Source of the DNA: Vicugna vicugna
Lineage: Eukaryota
Assembly (NCBI GenBank): GCA_013265495.1
Contig: MU058636.1
Location: 5,863,741 to 5,927,740 of the forward strand
Length of the DNA: 64,000 bases
Direction: 5' to 3'
Shown: piece by piece, positions 37,982-52,664 of the stretch
How positions within the stretch are numbered: the first letter of the stretch is position 1
Layout of the letters: each line of letters opens with the position of its first letter
Position numbers and translations under genes: made by a program
Notes under the pieces: generated by a model
The model's database searches: none
Told to the model about the DNA's origin: nothing
Seen by the model: the letters and a program-made list of their open reading frames with translations, nothing else

Positions 37982-39199
37982 TTCATCAATGATCTATGAC
38001 TGAAAAAAATGTATACATACCTATACACATAATACACGCAGTTATGAATCTCAAACATAAAATCAGGTGGTTGAAACTATGTTAATAACTGTAACTATAT
38101 ATATTTTTGTAATTGAATGTAGTTTCTGTTCAGAGTCCCTACTGTGCTAGGATGCTGGTATTGCATCTTCGTCAGTTTAACACTTGTCTCCTCCCCAACC
38201 CAGACTGTTCGTGGGAGGAGAGAGGGGGTTGGGAGAAGGCAGAGAGGCTTTGCGATCGTCAGGCATTGAGAAGGACTATGTGCTGTGTGAGTCCTTGTCA
38301 TCAAACTGCTCTGACATCAGCTGAGACAGAATCCCATTGGTCGTTGGTCGTTTCATTCAGGCAGTTGCTGTACCTTCCTTGTTCCAACCATGAGCACTGT
38401 CTCAGTTATGGAGGGGCTGTCAGTGCTGAGTCCCCTCTTCCATGCTGTTTGCTGCTTTAATATGCTGTTTGCTGCAATGAAATAATTCTCTTACTTGACA
38501 CTGAATGTGCACCCAGGCCCTGTATGAGACAACCTAAGGCTCTTGGTCTGGGTTCCCCACTCCGCTGCTGTGTCTGCTCTGTTCTCCTGTGTATGCTGAA
38601 TGTGGGAACACTAAGGTCTTGCCAGTGTTCAGGTTCTACTGGACAAAGGGCACAGATTCCTTTCGCTCTATATCTTCCAAATATCCAGAGATTTCTGTAG
38701 TTTTCTCCCCTCCTCACTCCTGTGACTTAGCCAGGAAGGTACCTGGCTAAACCGAGGTTACCCTTCCCAGGATATCCTAAGCATCTAATTGTTGAATTCT
38801 CTCCCCTTTTTCGTTGTTTGTTTATTTAATATATCCTTCAGTTCTCGAGTTCTTTACCTAGTCCAGCTGAGAGGGGAGGATTGGGAGTTACAAGATGGAA
38901 GGAATAACAGGACCAGAGATGATGAAATGAATTTGAGAAGGGTGAACATGAGAAATAGCAGGCACTTGAGATTACCTTGGAGAGTATGGGTGGAAGTCAA
39001 GCGGTCAACTGAAGATCTGTTTAGAGAGAGTGATGAGGCTGGGAAGAGACTGAGTAGGTCACTGGTGGCCTGAAGTATAAGACTATAGTTTTTTCCTCAA
39101 AGCAATGGGAAGCCTTTGGGAGAAAAAAATAAATAAAAGCTCTCTGTGGTCCTTCTTGATATATTTAAATAAAAAAAAAAAGTGAAAGGGGGCTTGGGT

Positions 39200-41430
39200 T
39201 GAGCTTTTACGATAGAGAGCTGTAGCTTCTCACCCAGTTCCCAGCCCTGAGCCATAGCACAGACCTGGATGGAGCTCCTTGCATGAAGGCAGATCCGGGA
39301 CCCCTCAGAAATAACAAGCCAGAAAGTTACAAGTGTGGACTCTTTACATGTTTACGTACTAGCTATCCTGTAAGGGCTTACAGCTATTTACCATGGTAGA
39401 TGGGCCCACATGTTCTGGGGAAGATTTCACGAAGGTTCTAACTCAGGCTAACTTGTGGTGACCCAAATTCCACTGAGTCTACCAGGGAGAATGGGAGTTC
39501 ACAAAAGCCAGATAATAATTAGAGTTTTGGCCCAGGCCTACCTCATAGTAGGTCTAGTGGGTTCCTGAACATGATTATTTACCTAGTTCCTGTACGTATA
39601 TAAGTATATATGTATGCATATAAATATGTGTAAAAATAAGTATACGTATTATGTACAATCAGAATAGGTATCCTGAGTGCTCAGCCATTATCTTCATTGG
39701 TTTCCTGACTTGTGAAGTAAGGACTATTATGGTAGGAAGGGCCAACTGGACATTAGGCCACAGTGAAAGAAACAAAACTGCGGTTGATGCCCATGCAATT
39801 AACTGGATTTCTATCTTCATCACCAGAAGCAGTTAGTGTTACAGAGTGGTGCAGTGGACTATGCAGCACTCAGGTTTTCCTGCCAGCACCTTCTGAAGTT
39901 GGGTGCTGTCTTACAAAATTCAGCATGCACTCTGAGCAAGTGACTGAAATATGGTGCTCTTTCTCCCGCAGCCAGAATGTGCACGACCAGGAGTAATGAA
40001 CTGGTGGTGGGGCGGGTCTTCCACCTGGTATAGCTCAAACCTTGCTTTCTGTCCCTGTGGCTTCGGATTCTGTTAGTTTAGTCATGTCAGTTGCCCAGGG
40101 ACAAATGCTTCTTCCAGAGGACACACAGTAGTTTTCAGTTGAATTGGAAGCTAAGCTTGCCCATTTTAGATAGACTTATGCTTCTGGGAGAACAAGGGAA
40201 AGGAGATCATGTTGGTGACTGAGATGACGGATTCTGACTATCCAGGAGAAATAAAGTTTCATTTGCTCAGAAGGGAGAGAGATGAGTATAGATAATTCCT
40301 TGGGCAGCATCCTTTTATCACTCCATTGACCAGTAAGTTGATAAAAACCTTCAATAGACCCTTCTAGGCCAACCCACCAGGGCTGAGGTCCCCAGGGTGG
40401 AAAAAGGTTTGTTAGTCCAGGTGGCTAACGACGTCATACCAGTTACAGTGCTAACTGAGGGAGAAGGGGGACCAAACTGTGCAACAGAGGGGAGAAGCCG
40501 TAACTATCAACTTCATCCCACGACTAGCGTTTCCTTCCTTCTCATGTCATGTATAGATTTGTATATTTTAATTAATTTTCTTTTTCTTTCACATCTTTTC
40601 CCTATACCATTTAAAAATAAGATTTGTTAGTTAACTTTACATTTCAGGTTATACATTGCAGAATATTAAGCAGGCATCCAATAGAAATGGAGGAAAAAAA
40701 GAACATTACTCAGAGATCTTGGAGTTGGATCCAGAGGCAGTAACTGGCAAGGCTGAGGGTTGCCTTCCTTTGCTGAGAGGGGCTGAAAAGTCTTGATCCT
40801 TTGAGGAACGTAGCATTGCTATGTAAGACAGGAATATTTTCTGGTGAGAAGTGTATGCAGATATCAAGTAGGAAGAATACTGGACTGCACTAGAGGTCTG
40901 CTGCTGTTTGGCTCCCCAGCATCCAAACATCCTTCCATCTGTGGGAAATCCTCCAGAGCGTGAACTTTGGTGAAGGAAGGCCTCGCCTCCCGTCACAGAG
41001 GCTGAAATGGCCAGATGTCCCTCCCTGGTCCCTGGTGCTGGGGCGTGACTCCCATTACCTGGGATTGCGTGTTCTGGTATTCTGGGAGAATGACACAAAG
41101 TTACAAAGCTACCGGAAAATGCTTCCTGCTGCTAGCTGGGTAATGATGCTGGGCTCAGCAAGGACAGTGGTTAGTGCCAAAATTCTAGAGGTGATGGCAT
41201 GAAGTGTCCGGTGGTGGCAACACTGAGTTGTTACTGGTGGTAACCAGAAGTGGCCTCCCAGCGCCCTGCTGTTCACTCTACTTGGGTCCTGCCCGTTTTC
41301 TCAGCCTGGCCTTGCTAACCTTCCTATTGATTGAGTTAGCAACACACTATCCCTTCAATAAATAGCTTTCTGCTTCATGAAGTTAGTGATATTTGGTCTC
41401 CCCTGCTTGCAGCCAAAAGCCTTGACCTTT
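39200..41430 (+). mobile_element. Internally deleted ERVL remnant (gag end, protease, integrase core, dUTPase) with a 3' LTR (~40815-41430, LTR33-like)
   Basis: Translations IGFLTCEVRTIMVGRANW (ERVL pro: IGSLTCGVRAIMVGKAKW) and PEAVSVTEWCSGL (integrase: PEAAGLIERWNGL); dUTPase-like gaattggaagctaag..ctgactatccaggagaaat; LTR with AATAAA near 41357 ending gcttgcagccaaaagccttgac. Confidence 0.75.
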
Positions 41431-42885
41431 ATAAGACTGATTTGTGGATAAATGTATGATTTCTATCTAGGGCTAGTGAGCCACAAAAAATTAGGGGTTA
41501 CACGAAAAACACTGCAGATTTTTAAAAATTTGTATGATTGTTGGTTTTTTTTTAAACTCATTTACTTTTTCACGTAATAAAGTAAAATGTAGGAAAAATG
41601 TAGAATAACTTCCACTAATGGAAAATTAAACCCTTTTCATGGAGATAAATGCTTATCCACAAAGGGGAATATTGTTGAATTTCTCTTGTGTTTTGTACAA
41701 GCAAATTTCTTCCTTTGTGCCTGCAGTGTGGATTAGTTGCCCCTTTCTTCATCTAGTTCAACTACTGGGTGGAGCTGACCTGCAGGTGCAGAAATGGTGT
41801 AGTGAGTGCTTCAGATCCTGCAGGTAAAGGGGGGAGAGAGAAAAGGACTTCATTAGTGTCTGGCCTTCAGGAGGAGTATTGCACAGGTCAGACCTTTCCA
41901 CACTGAATATTCATCCTCTTCTAGCATGTCTCTTATATCTTAATATGCTGAAATAATTTCTACCACCATCTTAATGTCACATTTTAGAAAGCTTCCATTT
42001 ATTATTCAAGATTTCAGAGTCTCCAGATTCTTCAAAATGGTCATTATATATATATAAAAAAAAAAACTCACCCTCTGTAAGTCTGAGAGAAAGGAGTGTA
42101 CCTCTCTTTTATCCTCACGTTTGCTGGCTTCACAAAGGGGAGGAGCAATTCTTTGTCAAGCTGACAAAGAACAGTGAGCACTCTTGTGTCAGAACTGCTG
42201 AGTACCTGCAATCTGGTTCTTAAATGTGTACTCAGAATATTCTGGCTTCTATTTTGATTTTGGTGAAAATGTCCTCACAGAATCTGGAAGGTTGAAAGAA
42301 ATCAACAGCTCAATTTCAGACAAAAAAAATCCTCTGCACAGGGCTAGCAAAGGTTAAAGCATCATTTGGCTGTTCTCAGCTCACTTCCACTGACAGGTGC
42401 CTGAGTGGGCTTATGTATACTGTAGAAGATGAAATGCAGATAAAATAGTGGGATTCCTTTAATCTACTTAATCTTCTTTTGTGTATTGAGAATGGGGAGT
42501 GGTGCACAGAGGGATCTATTTTGTTGGAAACTCTAAGTCACACGACATCGCAAAGATGGCAAAATAAGAAAGAGTTGACATCATGTTTCTAAATATACAA
42601 CATTGTGCAACAGCTACCTGGAGCAAAAGCAGAAAGATTGAGGAGGCCAAGTAATGACTTTTAGTTGCTGGAAGGCATCCATGTTCAACAGTCTGTCAGG
42701 AAGAGACAGGTGGAGCTGGCTCACCACCTGTGGTGAGGGCTGGTACAGGGCTTTTATTAAAATTACTGCACAGGAGTGAAGAAGATAAACACTCAGTGGG
42801 TGTAGTAGAATCGCCAGGCCATATGTTTGGCCAGAACTAAGAAGTTCCTTCTCCAAAATAAACCTGCCTAAGCAGGCACCATCTT

Positions 42886-42922
42886 AAAAAACAAAAAACA
42901 AAAAACAAAAAACAAAAAAAAC
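42886..42922. repeat. (AAAAAAC)n simple repeat, ~5 units
   Basis: Read directly from the sequence. Confidence 0.9.
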
Positions 42923-43297
42923 AATTTAAGTACCAGGCAAATGCATCCCAGGATTTAGAAAATGCATCCCATTTTATGTGCTGCTGTGTCTTCAGTGCCA
43001 ATGTCTGGGATTTATGATCTGGCTATATATTCGCTTGAGGTATAGTATGGCAGGAAGAATGTAAACTGAGTTTTAGGTATCTGGAGGACGAAGAGGATGT
43101 TTATTTAGGTGGCTCTGCACGCTTAGCATCACGTGCATCGTAGACTCTCAGAGCTAGAAGGGACTGAGGAGTTAGTCCTGAGAGGTAGTGTGACTTGTTT
43201 AAGGTCCCACAGCTAGTGGTAGCAAATTTTAAACCAGAACCAAAGTCTTCTGACCCTCAGTCCTTTGCTCTTTTTACTAGAGAACATAGCTTCCCAT

Positions 43298-43781
43298 TGT
43301 ATTAGTTTCACATGACTGCTGTAACAAATTACCACAAATCTAATGGCCTAAAACAGTGCACATTTATTATCTTGCTCCTACGGAAACCAGAAGTTCAAAA
43401 TCAGTCTCGCTAGGTTAAAGTCAGGGTGTCGGCAGAGCTGGGTCCTTCTGGAGGTTCTGAGGGAGAATCTATGTCTGTGTCTGTCTCGCCTCTAGAGACT
43501 GCCTGCATTCCTTGACTCATGACCCCTTCCTTGTATTACTCCACTCCAGCCTTTTGCTTTTATCATCCCATTTTCTTTTGCTGACTGTGATCCTCCTGCC
43601 CCTCTCTTATGAGGATACTTATGATTACATTGATCCCAGCCAGATAATCCAGGATAATCTCCCATCTCTAGACACTTAATCATATCTTCAAAATCCATTT
43701 TGCTGTGTAAGGTACTCTATTCACAGGTTTCAGTGATTAGATTGTAGACATCATTGGGGGTGCATTATTTTGTCTACCACG
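43298..43781 (-). mobile_element. MaLR solo LTR (MLT1C/D-like)
   Basis: tgtattagttt..ctgctgtaacaaattaccaca..ccttctggaggttctgagggagaatc..gataatccaggataatctcccatct..ctaccac; ccat on both flanks. Confidence 0.85.
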
Positions 43782-46469
43782 CCATTCTACCTTCCATTAT
43801 CCCCTCTCCAGTCCTCTGAAACAGAGCAACATAGAAAGCAGAAGAGATTTCCAGGGTCAAAAGTGTGCCATGAACCTCAGAGTGTCAGGGTGGTTCTCTT
43901 TACTCGACGCAACACTTTCGCCTCCATGTCACTTTCCCTGACCCCTGGATGAATGCAAGGGGCAGTATCACTATTTCATACGTTGGTCAGAGAGGGGAAA
44001 GCTAAGAGCTTCTTTCAATTACAGATTGGTCCTTAAAGCCTACCTGCTTGTACCAAATAATATTTAACAGCGCTCGGTGCTTACAGCAGTCTTCAAAGTC
44101 CTTAGTTTTCTAAGTTTTGTTAACACTCAGAGCAAGTGGCTTAATTTGTTTCTTCAGTCCTTTTTTTTTCCCTTTTATCTCTATGGCAAGAGATGAGAGG
44201 ACATTTGCCTAATATCTGTTTGTTTGACTTCATGTCCTTGAGCAGATTGTGTGGTAGTCATAATCCTGAATATGTATAAGAGGCTGAATCAGAACTGGGA
44301 GGTGCCTATTACTAATAGCAAAGGACTGAAGAGGCCATGGAAGAGGACAGGTCTCATCAGGGAAGGAAAGTCATCACCTTGCAGAATTTACTCATTTCTG
44401 TGCTACTCACACGGGTTAAGCTTGTCACTCTGAATTTCTTTGTTGGAGAATTATTGGAAAGAGAGTAAAAATATTGACAATTTATATGAACTTTACTGAT
44501 CTCCAAATAGTCTGAACACCTGGAATTATATTTTATTAAAAACAAACATAGTAGTAGGCACACACTAAATGTTTATGGGTATTGAGTGAGTGAATCTCAC
44601 CATTGGGTGATTGACTTTGCCTGAAAAATAAATGAAGGATGTTTTCATTTGGGCTTGTTTGCTTCTTCTGTATTCAGTGATGACTTGTCATTTGACTTTT
44701 AAAGTTGGGCTAAGTAAACATGGACCTGTGGTCAGAGAAGTGCCAGATTTGGTTTGCTTTGGAGGCAAAACTGAGGAAAAATATTTTATTGGACTTGGTA
44801 GGGCCTTCAAGAGTATTAAACAACAGAAGTGCCTTCAGTCCATCCATTGTCTCAGGGACTAATTCCTTACATCCAGGCTTCTTACACGGGAGGGGACATT
44901 TCCAGAGGGTACTGTGGAACCCAAGGACAATTGTGAACTTGGAGCCAACAAATATATAAGCACACACTATTCCCAGGCCTTTTCAAATATATTATTTCAT
45001 TAAATTCTCTCAACAACTTTGGTGAAGTAAGTGTTGCTCCCATGTTACAGATTTAAAAATTTTGAAAGAGGTTAAGCGACCTGATAAAATGAAAGATCCA
45101 AGTATTCCAAAGCCCTTGTTTTTCAGTTCCAACTACAGTGCTGTTTTGACTTCACTGTGGCTTATGATTCTGCCAGCAGTTTCTATTAGAGAAAAGGTTG
45201 AGAAGGCATCGATAGAGTGTCTGCAAAGAAGTGAGATCATAAATCTAATACATCTTCAAAAGGAGGTTTAAGAGTGACAAATGACAGAAAGCAAGGATTT
45301 AACTCTCGGTTTTGCAAAGGGCCACAAATCTCTCAGGCATCTTGAATCTCCAGTCCCCCCTTTACTTACTGTGAGACTTTGAACAAGATCCATGCCCCTC
45401 CTTTGCTTCGTCTCCTCATCTTTGAGATGAAGTTAATGATAACAGCTACTTACTGGGCAGTAGTGGTTGTGAGGATAAATAAAATAATTCATGCAAATCT
45501 AGTTTATGATGCACAGGAAGGACTTCAATACGTATTAGTGATAATTATTTAGCGGAAGTCAAAGACTTCTTGAACTTTTATTCATTTTTATCAGAGCTAA
45601 TCTTCCTTTAAGCCTCATTCCTCTCAATTGTGCAAGATTCTGAAGTTTTAGATTATTACTTTCCAGATGAATACTCTTGTTTGTCAAAATTTAATGATTT
45701 GTATATAAAAATTTCCATTTTAATTCTAATTTCTCTGTAGCACTTTAATGTTATTGCTCTTTTTCTGCAACATTTTCAAAGCATCATATTCGGGGTGTTG
45801 ATTTAATTTATGTGCCGCCACCCTCTTCTGGTCCATTCATAGAGAAGTTATGTACTAATTATGATGAAGCAATAATAAAAAATGTCATCATCACTCATCC
45901 CACAGTTCACTAACCATTGCTTAATTATTAACAAACCCAATTGAGGTTTAGCAGAGGCAGGGTGACCCTGGATCAGCAGCCTGCTGGTCTGGGTTATAGC
46001 CTAGCAGTACCTCTTGCTAGCTGCGTGCTTTCTCTCTGAATTATCTGCTCTCTCCTTCCATCTGAGGAGCAGTGGTTCTAAGAAGGTTGTGAATCTAACT
46101 GAGAATGACTCAGTCTATGAGAAAATAAGCGCTTGGAAAATGTCCTTTCAGATGGTAATCCTGAATAAAATCTTTCACTTCAAAAATGGAAGTAGACAAG
46201 GCAAGTAGATTGTCTGGTTTGAGTGTTCTTTCACTTTTGTTTACAACCATGCTCTCAGGATTATTCCCTTCCCAATGTCTGTCCTGCTTTGTGTCAACTA
46301 AAGGTAGAAACATTGATCTGGCAGGTGGGATCTCACTTTTACTTTCATTTCCTCCAGTGCTGGAGCAAGGATTGTGAGTGCCCACCTGTGCTTTTGGAAT
46401 TGAAAACACAGCAGGGTACGATGACTTTACTTCTAAAAGGCCACAAGATGGGGATGTTACTCCACAAAG

Positions 46470-46980
46470 TTAGGTCTTTCCATTCATTCTACAAATAATT
46501 ATTGAGTGCCTACTAAGTGCTTGGCATCGTACCAGGCTCTTGGATAACAGTGATGAATAAAACAGACCTTGCTGAATGGAGTTCACAGTCTCGTGGAGAA
46601 AGTAAGTGTTTAAATGTGGATTTAGCCGTCCGCTTAGTGATGTGATGACAGAAATGCAGGGGACTGTAGACATGCATGGTAGGGACCTTAAAGGCAATTT
46701 GAGAAGGTATGGGTGGACCTCTTGGAAGGCTCCCTGGAGAAAACAGTGTCCAAGCTGCAATCTGCAGAATGACTAAGCATTACCTAGGAGCAAAATTCTA
46801 ATCTAAGCAGAAGAAAGGCATGCCCAGAGACCCAGCCAAGAAGATGAACTTGGTTCTTTGACACAGCTGAAATGTCAAATTACAGTTGAAGCATTGGAGT
46901 GGAGAGTGGTGAGAGAAGGGGCTGGTTCATATCATGAAGGGACTTGGCCACATACAATTTTTCGGGCAATGGGAAAGCAG
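46470..46980 (+). mobile_element. L2 LINE fragment
   Basis: cattcattctacaaataattattgagtgcctactaagtgcttggca..atggagttcacagtct. Confidence 0.7.
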
Positions 46981-49900
46981 TTCCTCTTATACTATTTATC
47001 CACTTGGAAGGCCTTCCTTATCCTTCTCTAACTAGCCTAATCCTTATCTAAACGTACATGCTATGTTCTCTAGCAAATGGTCCCTGATCCACCAAGATTG
47101 GGGTAGGAGCCTCACCTGTGGGCTCTGTTGCACATTATGTGTTCTCCGTCCACCACTTAGGCAGTTGTTGTCATGTTAACAGACAGGGCTTGGACTCAGG
47201 TGACTGGGAATTGAGTCCTGCCTCCCTTGCTTTCTAATAAGCACCTGCCCTCAGATTCCTCATTAGAAAATGAGGCTAAAAACAGCAGCCATCACAGAGG
47301 GTTTTGTGAAACAATCTGGAAGTGCTTAGCAGATTGCCTGGCACATAATACATGTTGAATAAATATTAGCTGTTGATATCAATTATCCTAAATGTTAGCT
47401 GTGGATGTCCATTATCCTGGACTGTACTTTCTTAATCACTTGTCTGCTTCTCCTATTATCTCCTAAGATTCTTAAGGAGAGGGACATATCTTATTTCATT
47501 CTTACTGCTCCAGCTCCTACCACCATTCCTGGAAAAGGAAGCTCTCAGTCAGCAGTAAATCCAGAGAATGAGGATATTCATTGTATTACTCAAGATAAAC
47601 CTGTATCAGTTAAAGCTATTAACTCCAAGGTGATACAGTTGAAGATTGTGCATAGTGAGCTCCTCTGTGATCTGTTCTATCAGGAAATGGCATCTCCCTG
47701 AGGGCAGAAAACTTGTCTGATTCAGGATTTTTAAATCTTTATTTTATTTTTCCAAGTTTTATTGACCATCCTTCCTTTAATCAATCTCCATTGCTTTCTG
47801 AATTTAGTGACCATTTTTATACAATTCTTTTAACCTTAGAAAGTTTAACTCAACAAGAGTATTTGTATTTTTATCCTAAATCTTTTAAAGCAATATAGAC
47901 ATATATCCAGTAGCATATAAATTTGCTCTTACTGTAATTTTAAACTTAGCTATAGATAGTTCACTTACTATAGTCATTTAGACACAGGAATAATATGACT
48001 TATGATATATTTTAGAATTTCTAACATATGAAATGGTGCTTAGCTGACTTCTAAAAAGGTGTACATTTCTTGGTAATTAAAAGAACAGCAAATTATAAGC
48101 TAGAGATCTCAGTTTTATTCTTGGAACTGCCTTAAACGAGCTTAACAACCTTGGGAAGTCAATTTTTCTTTTATGAACCTCTATTAAATCTCTAAATTTG
48201 GCCAGATTGAGCTGGAATTCAGCTGAGGTATTCTCTGCATTCCCAAATCCCATGACTTGATATCTTTCTGTTCACATTATGAACCAATTGAGCTTCTGGC
48301 AAAATAGATTGGTACGGATTAAAACCAGGCATTGATTTCTTTTTTTACTATAACACTTTTGCTGCAACTCTACTTTTCTGGAGAAAAGCTAAATGCTGAA
48401 AGCTAGTATTTATTGAGTTCCTACTAAATTGTGTTAAATACATTGCATGCATTATCCAATTGGATTCCACTTTAACCCCAAATGAGTATTATATTATTAG
48501 ACACATTTTACATACAAGGAGGTGAGGTTCAGAGAGGTTGAGTGATTTAGCGAAAGTCACACATCTAGTAAGTAGTAGTGACGGACTGATTCCCGAGCCC
48601 ACTCTCTTTGGCCATTTTGCTGTATTAACTATTTCTTATAGAGGGTCTACTATTTGTCGTACACTGTGGTGTGCAATACACAGGCATTCCTTCATTAAAT
48701 GCTCACAACACTCCTGTGGAGTAATTCTCATTAATTTCACATATTTTCTTTCCAAGAGGTACTAGAAATTATTGGACAAAGGCTTATTAGGGAGAAAGAA
48801 AGTCCACAAACATAAAAGGAAAGAACCTGAGGCCTTGATATGGAAGATGTTTAAGGAATATAAATACCATTTTAAAGGCTAAAGTTTTTCTCTGACTGAG
48901 ACTATTTATCATTATCCACAAAACAAGTACTATTTTGTCTGAAATTCTTTTCTTCTGGAATCAATAACAAATAAAAAAGTTGAATTACAGACTGTCTCTC
49001 AAGAATGTTAGGTTTTACTCCGCTTAAGACTGCAAGATCTTGGCAAGTTAGTAGTATCTCAGCCTCAGTTTTCTCATCTATGAAATGAGCCCAATTCCTA
49101 CCTTGTAGGGCTGTTATGAGTATTAGAAACAATATACAAAGTATCTGGAACAATGTCTAGAATATAGGAGATGCTCAATAAATGATAATGGCAATTATTT
49201 TTATTATTATCATATATTACTACTCTTTCCTTTCCCACTCAGTTTTAAACTCCTTGATATCAAGGGCAATGTCTTGCCAGTGATTTTCAGATAACAAGTA
49301 TGCAAAAAATATTTTTAAATGAAAGAATTAAGGTGATGCCCTGTGATTATAAATCCTTTTCATTGGGTGGATTAATTAGAAGAGATGGATTATTTAGATG
49401 AGAACCAACAAAATTAATGAAGGCTGTAGAAGTGGAGATGGAAGGAGTGTGTTGACCAGAGAGATACAGAGTGTAAGGATTTGGTCATGAGCTGGGAATG
49501 GTGGGGATGAAAGGTGGGGAGTCTCTGTATAACTGAGCTTGCAAGCCTGAATGGATAGGTCAGGAAAAATGTGAGAAGGAGCAGGTTTGGAGTGGAAAAG
49601 ATTTGAGTAGTTTAGTTTGAGGCAGTTTTAGGTGTGTGGTAGGTAGCTAGATACAGGAGTCTAAATACAAGGCAGGTAGAGGGTCTCAGAGGCTCTGAGA
49701 GTGGACATGCTCTTGGCAAGTGTATTAAGAATAGATTTCCTGAAAACACTAAGAAACTGCCTATAATTTCCATAGCAACTTCATTGAGATTATCTGCTAC
49801 ATGGTTTCTTCAGCCATCTACCAGTCCCCTTTCCATTTTTTGTTTGTTTTGTTTTTCTTTCGTTTTAACATTGGCAGTTAAAGCCTCAAACAAAATAAGT

Positions 49901-50621
49901 AAATAATGTGGACATTTCAGGCAGGCATAGAAAGGCATGAGTATGTAAGTTTTGGGAGTTTTGAAGTAGTTCCTAACCTCATTAAAGCATAGATTTGGGG
50001 GAGATCATATGAGAACTCTAGGCTGTATTTTAGCATAAGTTCCAACAAATTTCCTCCCACCTCGAATTCATTAGACCTACTTTTCTATTTTGATACTAAC
50101 ATGCAGTGTTTTATTGGCCTTTTGTCTTGAGAAGCGCATTGAATTTTTAAAAAATGACAAAATGGAAAATAAAATCTCATCTGACATTTAATTTCAGTAA
50201 TTGAACACAATAGAACAGTTATCCTATTGCTATTATAAATAGAATTGTGCATACTTTTCTAATGTTCTTAAAGATTATATCATTTCCTTGTTCTTTTCAT
50301 GAAGCAAAATAGATTAGCTAATTTTATCCTCAAAGCTGCGTGTCACTTTCAGGCAAACACACTGCATTAGCAACTCTGTGTGGGGGCTTAGCTCAAGGTC
50401 TGCTCTCTTCCTCTGCTCAAATTTCCACTCCTTTCCTACAAAGTTCTGGGTCAAGTGGCCAATTAGGAAGCCTCAGTATCTTAGGAAAAACACTCCTGAG
50501 AGCTGAAGAACCTCTGATTCTTTTAAAATCTGCTTCCCCACAACTACCAAAAAAGATACAGAAATAAAATTAAATAATTAACTAGCAGTTATATCAATTA
50601 TACCGAATTTTAGGAAACTCC

Positions 50622-51135
50622 TATATTAGGTTCCTATTGCTGCTGTTACAAATTACAGCAAAATTAATGGCTAAAAACAACACAAGAGTATCATCTTATA
50701 GTTCTGGGAGTTACAAGTCCAAAATCACTCTGAGAAGGTCAAAATCAAGGTGTTGGCAGGGCTGCATTCCTTTTTGGAGGGTCTATGGGAGAATTTATTT
50801 ACTTGCCTTTTCCAGTTTCTGGAGACTGCCTGCATTCCTTGGCTTGTGGCTTCTTTCCATCTTCAGAGCCAGCAGTAGCCAACCGAATCTTTCTCCCTTT
50901 GCATCCTTTGACACTGACTCTTCTTCCCTCTCCTTCCCTTTCTAAGGACTTTGGTAAAGACCTAGATAATCCAGAATAGTCTCATCTCAAGGTCAGCTGA
51001 TTAGTAAACTTTTAACTCTGTCTGCTCCATCGGCTTCATTAATTTCCCTTTTTCATGTAATATCACATTCACATGTTCTAGGGATTAAGATGTTCGCATT
51101 TTGGAGTTGGGGGGAATGTTATTCTGTCTGCTGTA
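50622..51135 (-). mobile_element. MaLR solo LTR (MLT1D-like)
   Basis: tattgctgctgttacaaattac..aaatcaaggtgttggcagggctgcattcc..ttgccttttccagtttctggag..ctcaaggtcagctgattag. Confidence 0.8.
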
Positions 51136-51406
51136 TTTCTTAACCGTATTAAACACATACCACGGTGTATTAATAGCGTACTCATAAAATTTAATATGTT
51201 TATATAAAAGACATCAGGGTTCTAAATATAGTTGAATTCCACATAATTGTGCTGAAAATAACTAATTGATGCTGCTATCCTCATTTTGATGTCAGGGTCC
51301 CATCTGAGACCTGGAATGCTGAACCTCTTAAGACAAATTAGTGTGTTACTTTGGGCAATACTGGATAGTAGAAATGTTGGATGGATGGTGGAAATGTTCT
51401 CTTTTG

Positions 51407-51565
51407 GCATTGTCCAATATACTAGCTATTAGCCACACTTAGCTACTGAGCCCCTGGAATGTGGACAGAGCAACTGGGAACTGAATTTAAATTTTATTTA
51501 AATTAAATTTAAACCTCAATAGTCATGTGAAGCTAGCGGCTACCCTATTGGACAGCACAGCTCTA
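51407..51565. mobile_element. MER3-like hAT-Charlie MITE
   Basis: Terminal inverted repeats tgtccaata ... tattggaca; internal gaactgaatttaaattttatttaa. Confidence 0.75.
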
Positions 51566-52664
51566 GAATCAAGACCATGGCAGACCAACTCTGAGTATCT
51601 CCTCATGGTTTTACTTCTCTGATAGAAGCACATCTATGTGTGTGAGTATGTGCATATAGGTTTGAGTGTATGAGAAGGTGTTAGTGATAATCAGAAATCT
51701 ATGGAGCAGTATTTCATTCATAATATCTGACACAAGCAAAAATCAACAAGATACATTATCTTCATTGTGTCAAATGATAAATTGATGTATTTTAAAATGG
51801 AATTTAATGGTCATTTTGGTGTCATGTTGATCAACCAAAGGTACTTCTTCATGGAAAAATAGGTACTAAATAAGGTTCATTAACTGTTTCAGGTTTTCAG
51901 GGAGTTAAGAACATTCATTTATTAGTGCAGCAAACACCATTCGAGCTCCAAGTCCAAGGCATTACTGTAGGCTCTATGGGGAAAGCAAAGAAAGATAAAT
52001 CATAGTCATTACTCCTAGGAAGCTTATACTAGTAGGAGGGATAAAGCTCCATCTTCTTCTCCATATCATCATTCTTGCTCCCTCCAATGTCATGAGGGAC
52101 CACTCATTTGACTCCCCAGCCTCCCAGTTCCTTGATCATCTTACACTCACTGACCTTTTCTTCCAGTAGCAGATGGTCACTCATCTCCTTCCTGTTCCGA
52201 GAGCCTGTCATTGTCAGGAATTATTCCATCTCTTAATCAGGCATCTGGTCCACGGTCCACAACCTCCTGACCTATCATCTTGTGCCCTCTATCCCCATTC
52301 TTGTCCCCTCCCCAAAGACTCAGTGCTCTTATCTCTCTGTTTTCCCCTGTTCCCCAGCCGTTGGTAGTTTGTACCTCTTTCCCTTGCTCTTGTTTATTAC
52401 CTGACTTTGAACATGTTGCTCCATCCGCCTGGACAACCTTCACTTATAACCTGGATCTTTATCTTCCCAAAACTAAACACATGGCTAATAGGAGTACTGT
52501 GATATAAAAGACCCAGACTTTGGGGTCAAAAGTCCTGGTGTTCAAATCTCAGCTTGGCTTTTTCCTAACTGGAGGTATTTTTGTTTTTGTTTTTTTAAGG
52601 GCAAGTTATTTAGCCTGTTTGAATCTTAGTTTACTTCTCTGTAAATGGGGAAAATTAATAAAAT

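Noticed and set aside
42149..42171. 10-bp inverted repeat ttctttgtca-agc-tgacaaagaa
   Set aside because: About one such repeat is expected by chance in 64 kb of AT-rich DNA, and there is no supporting context.
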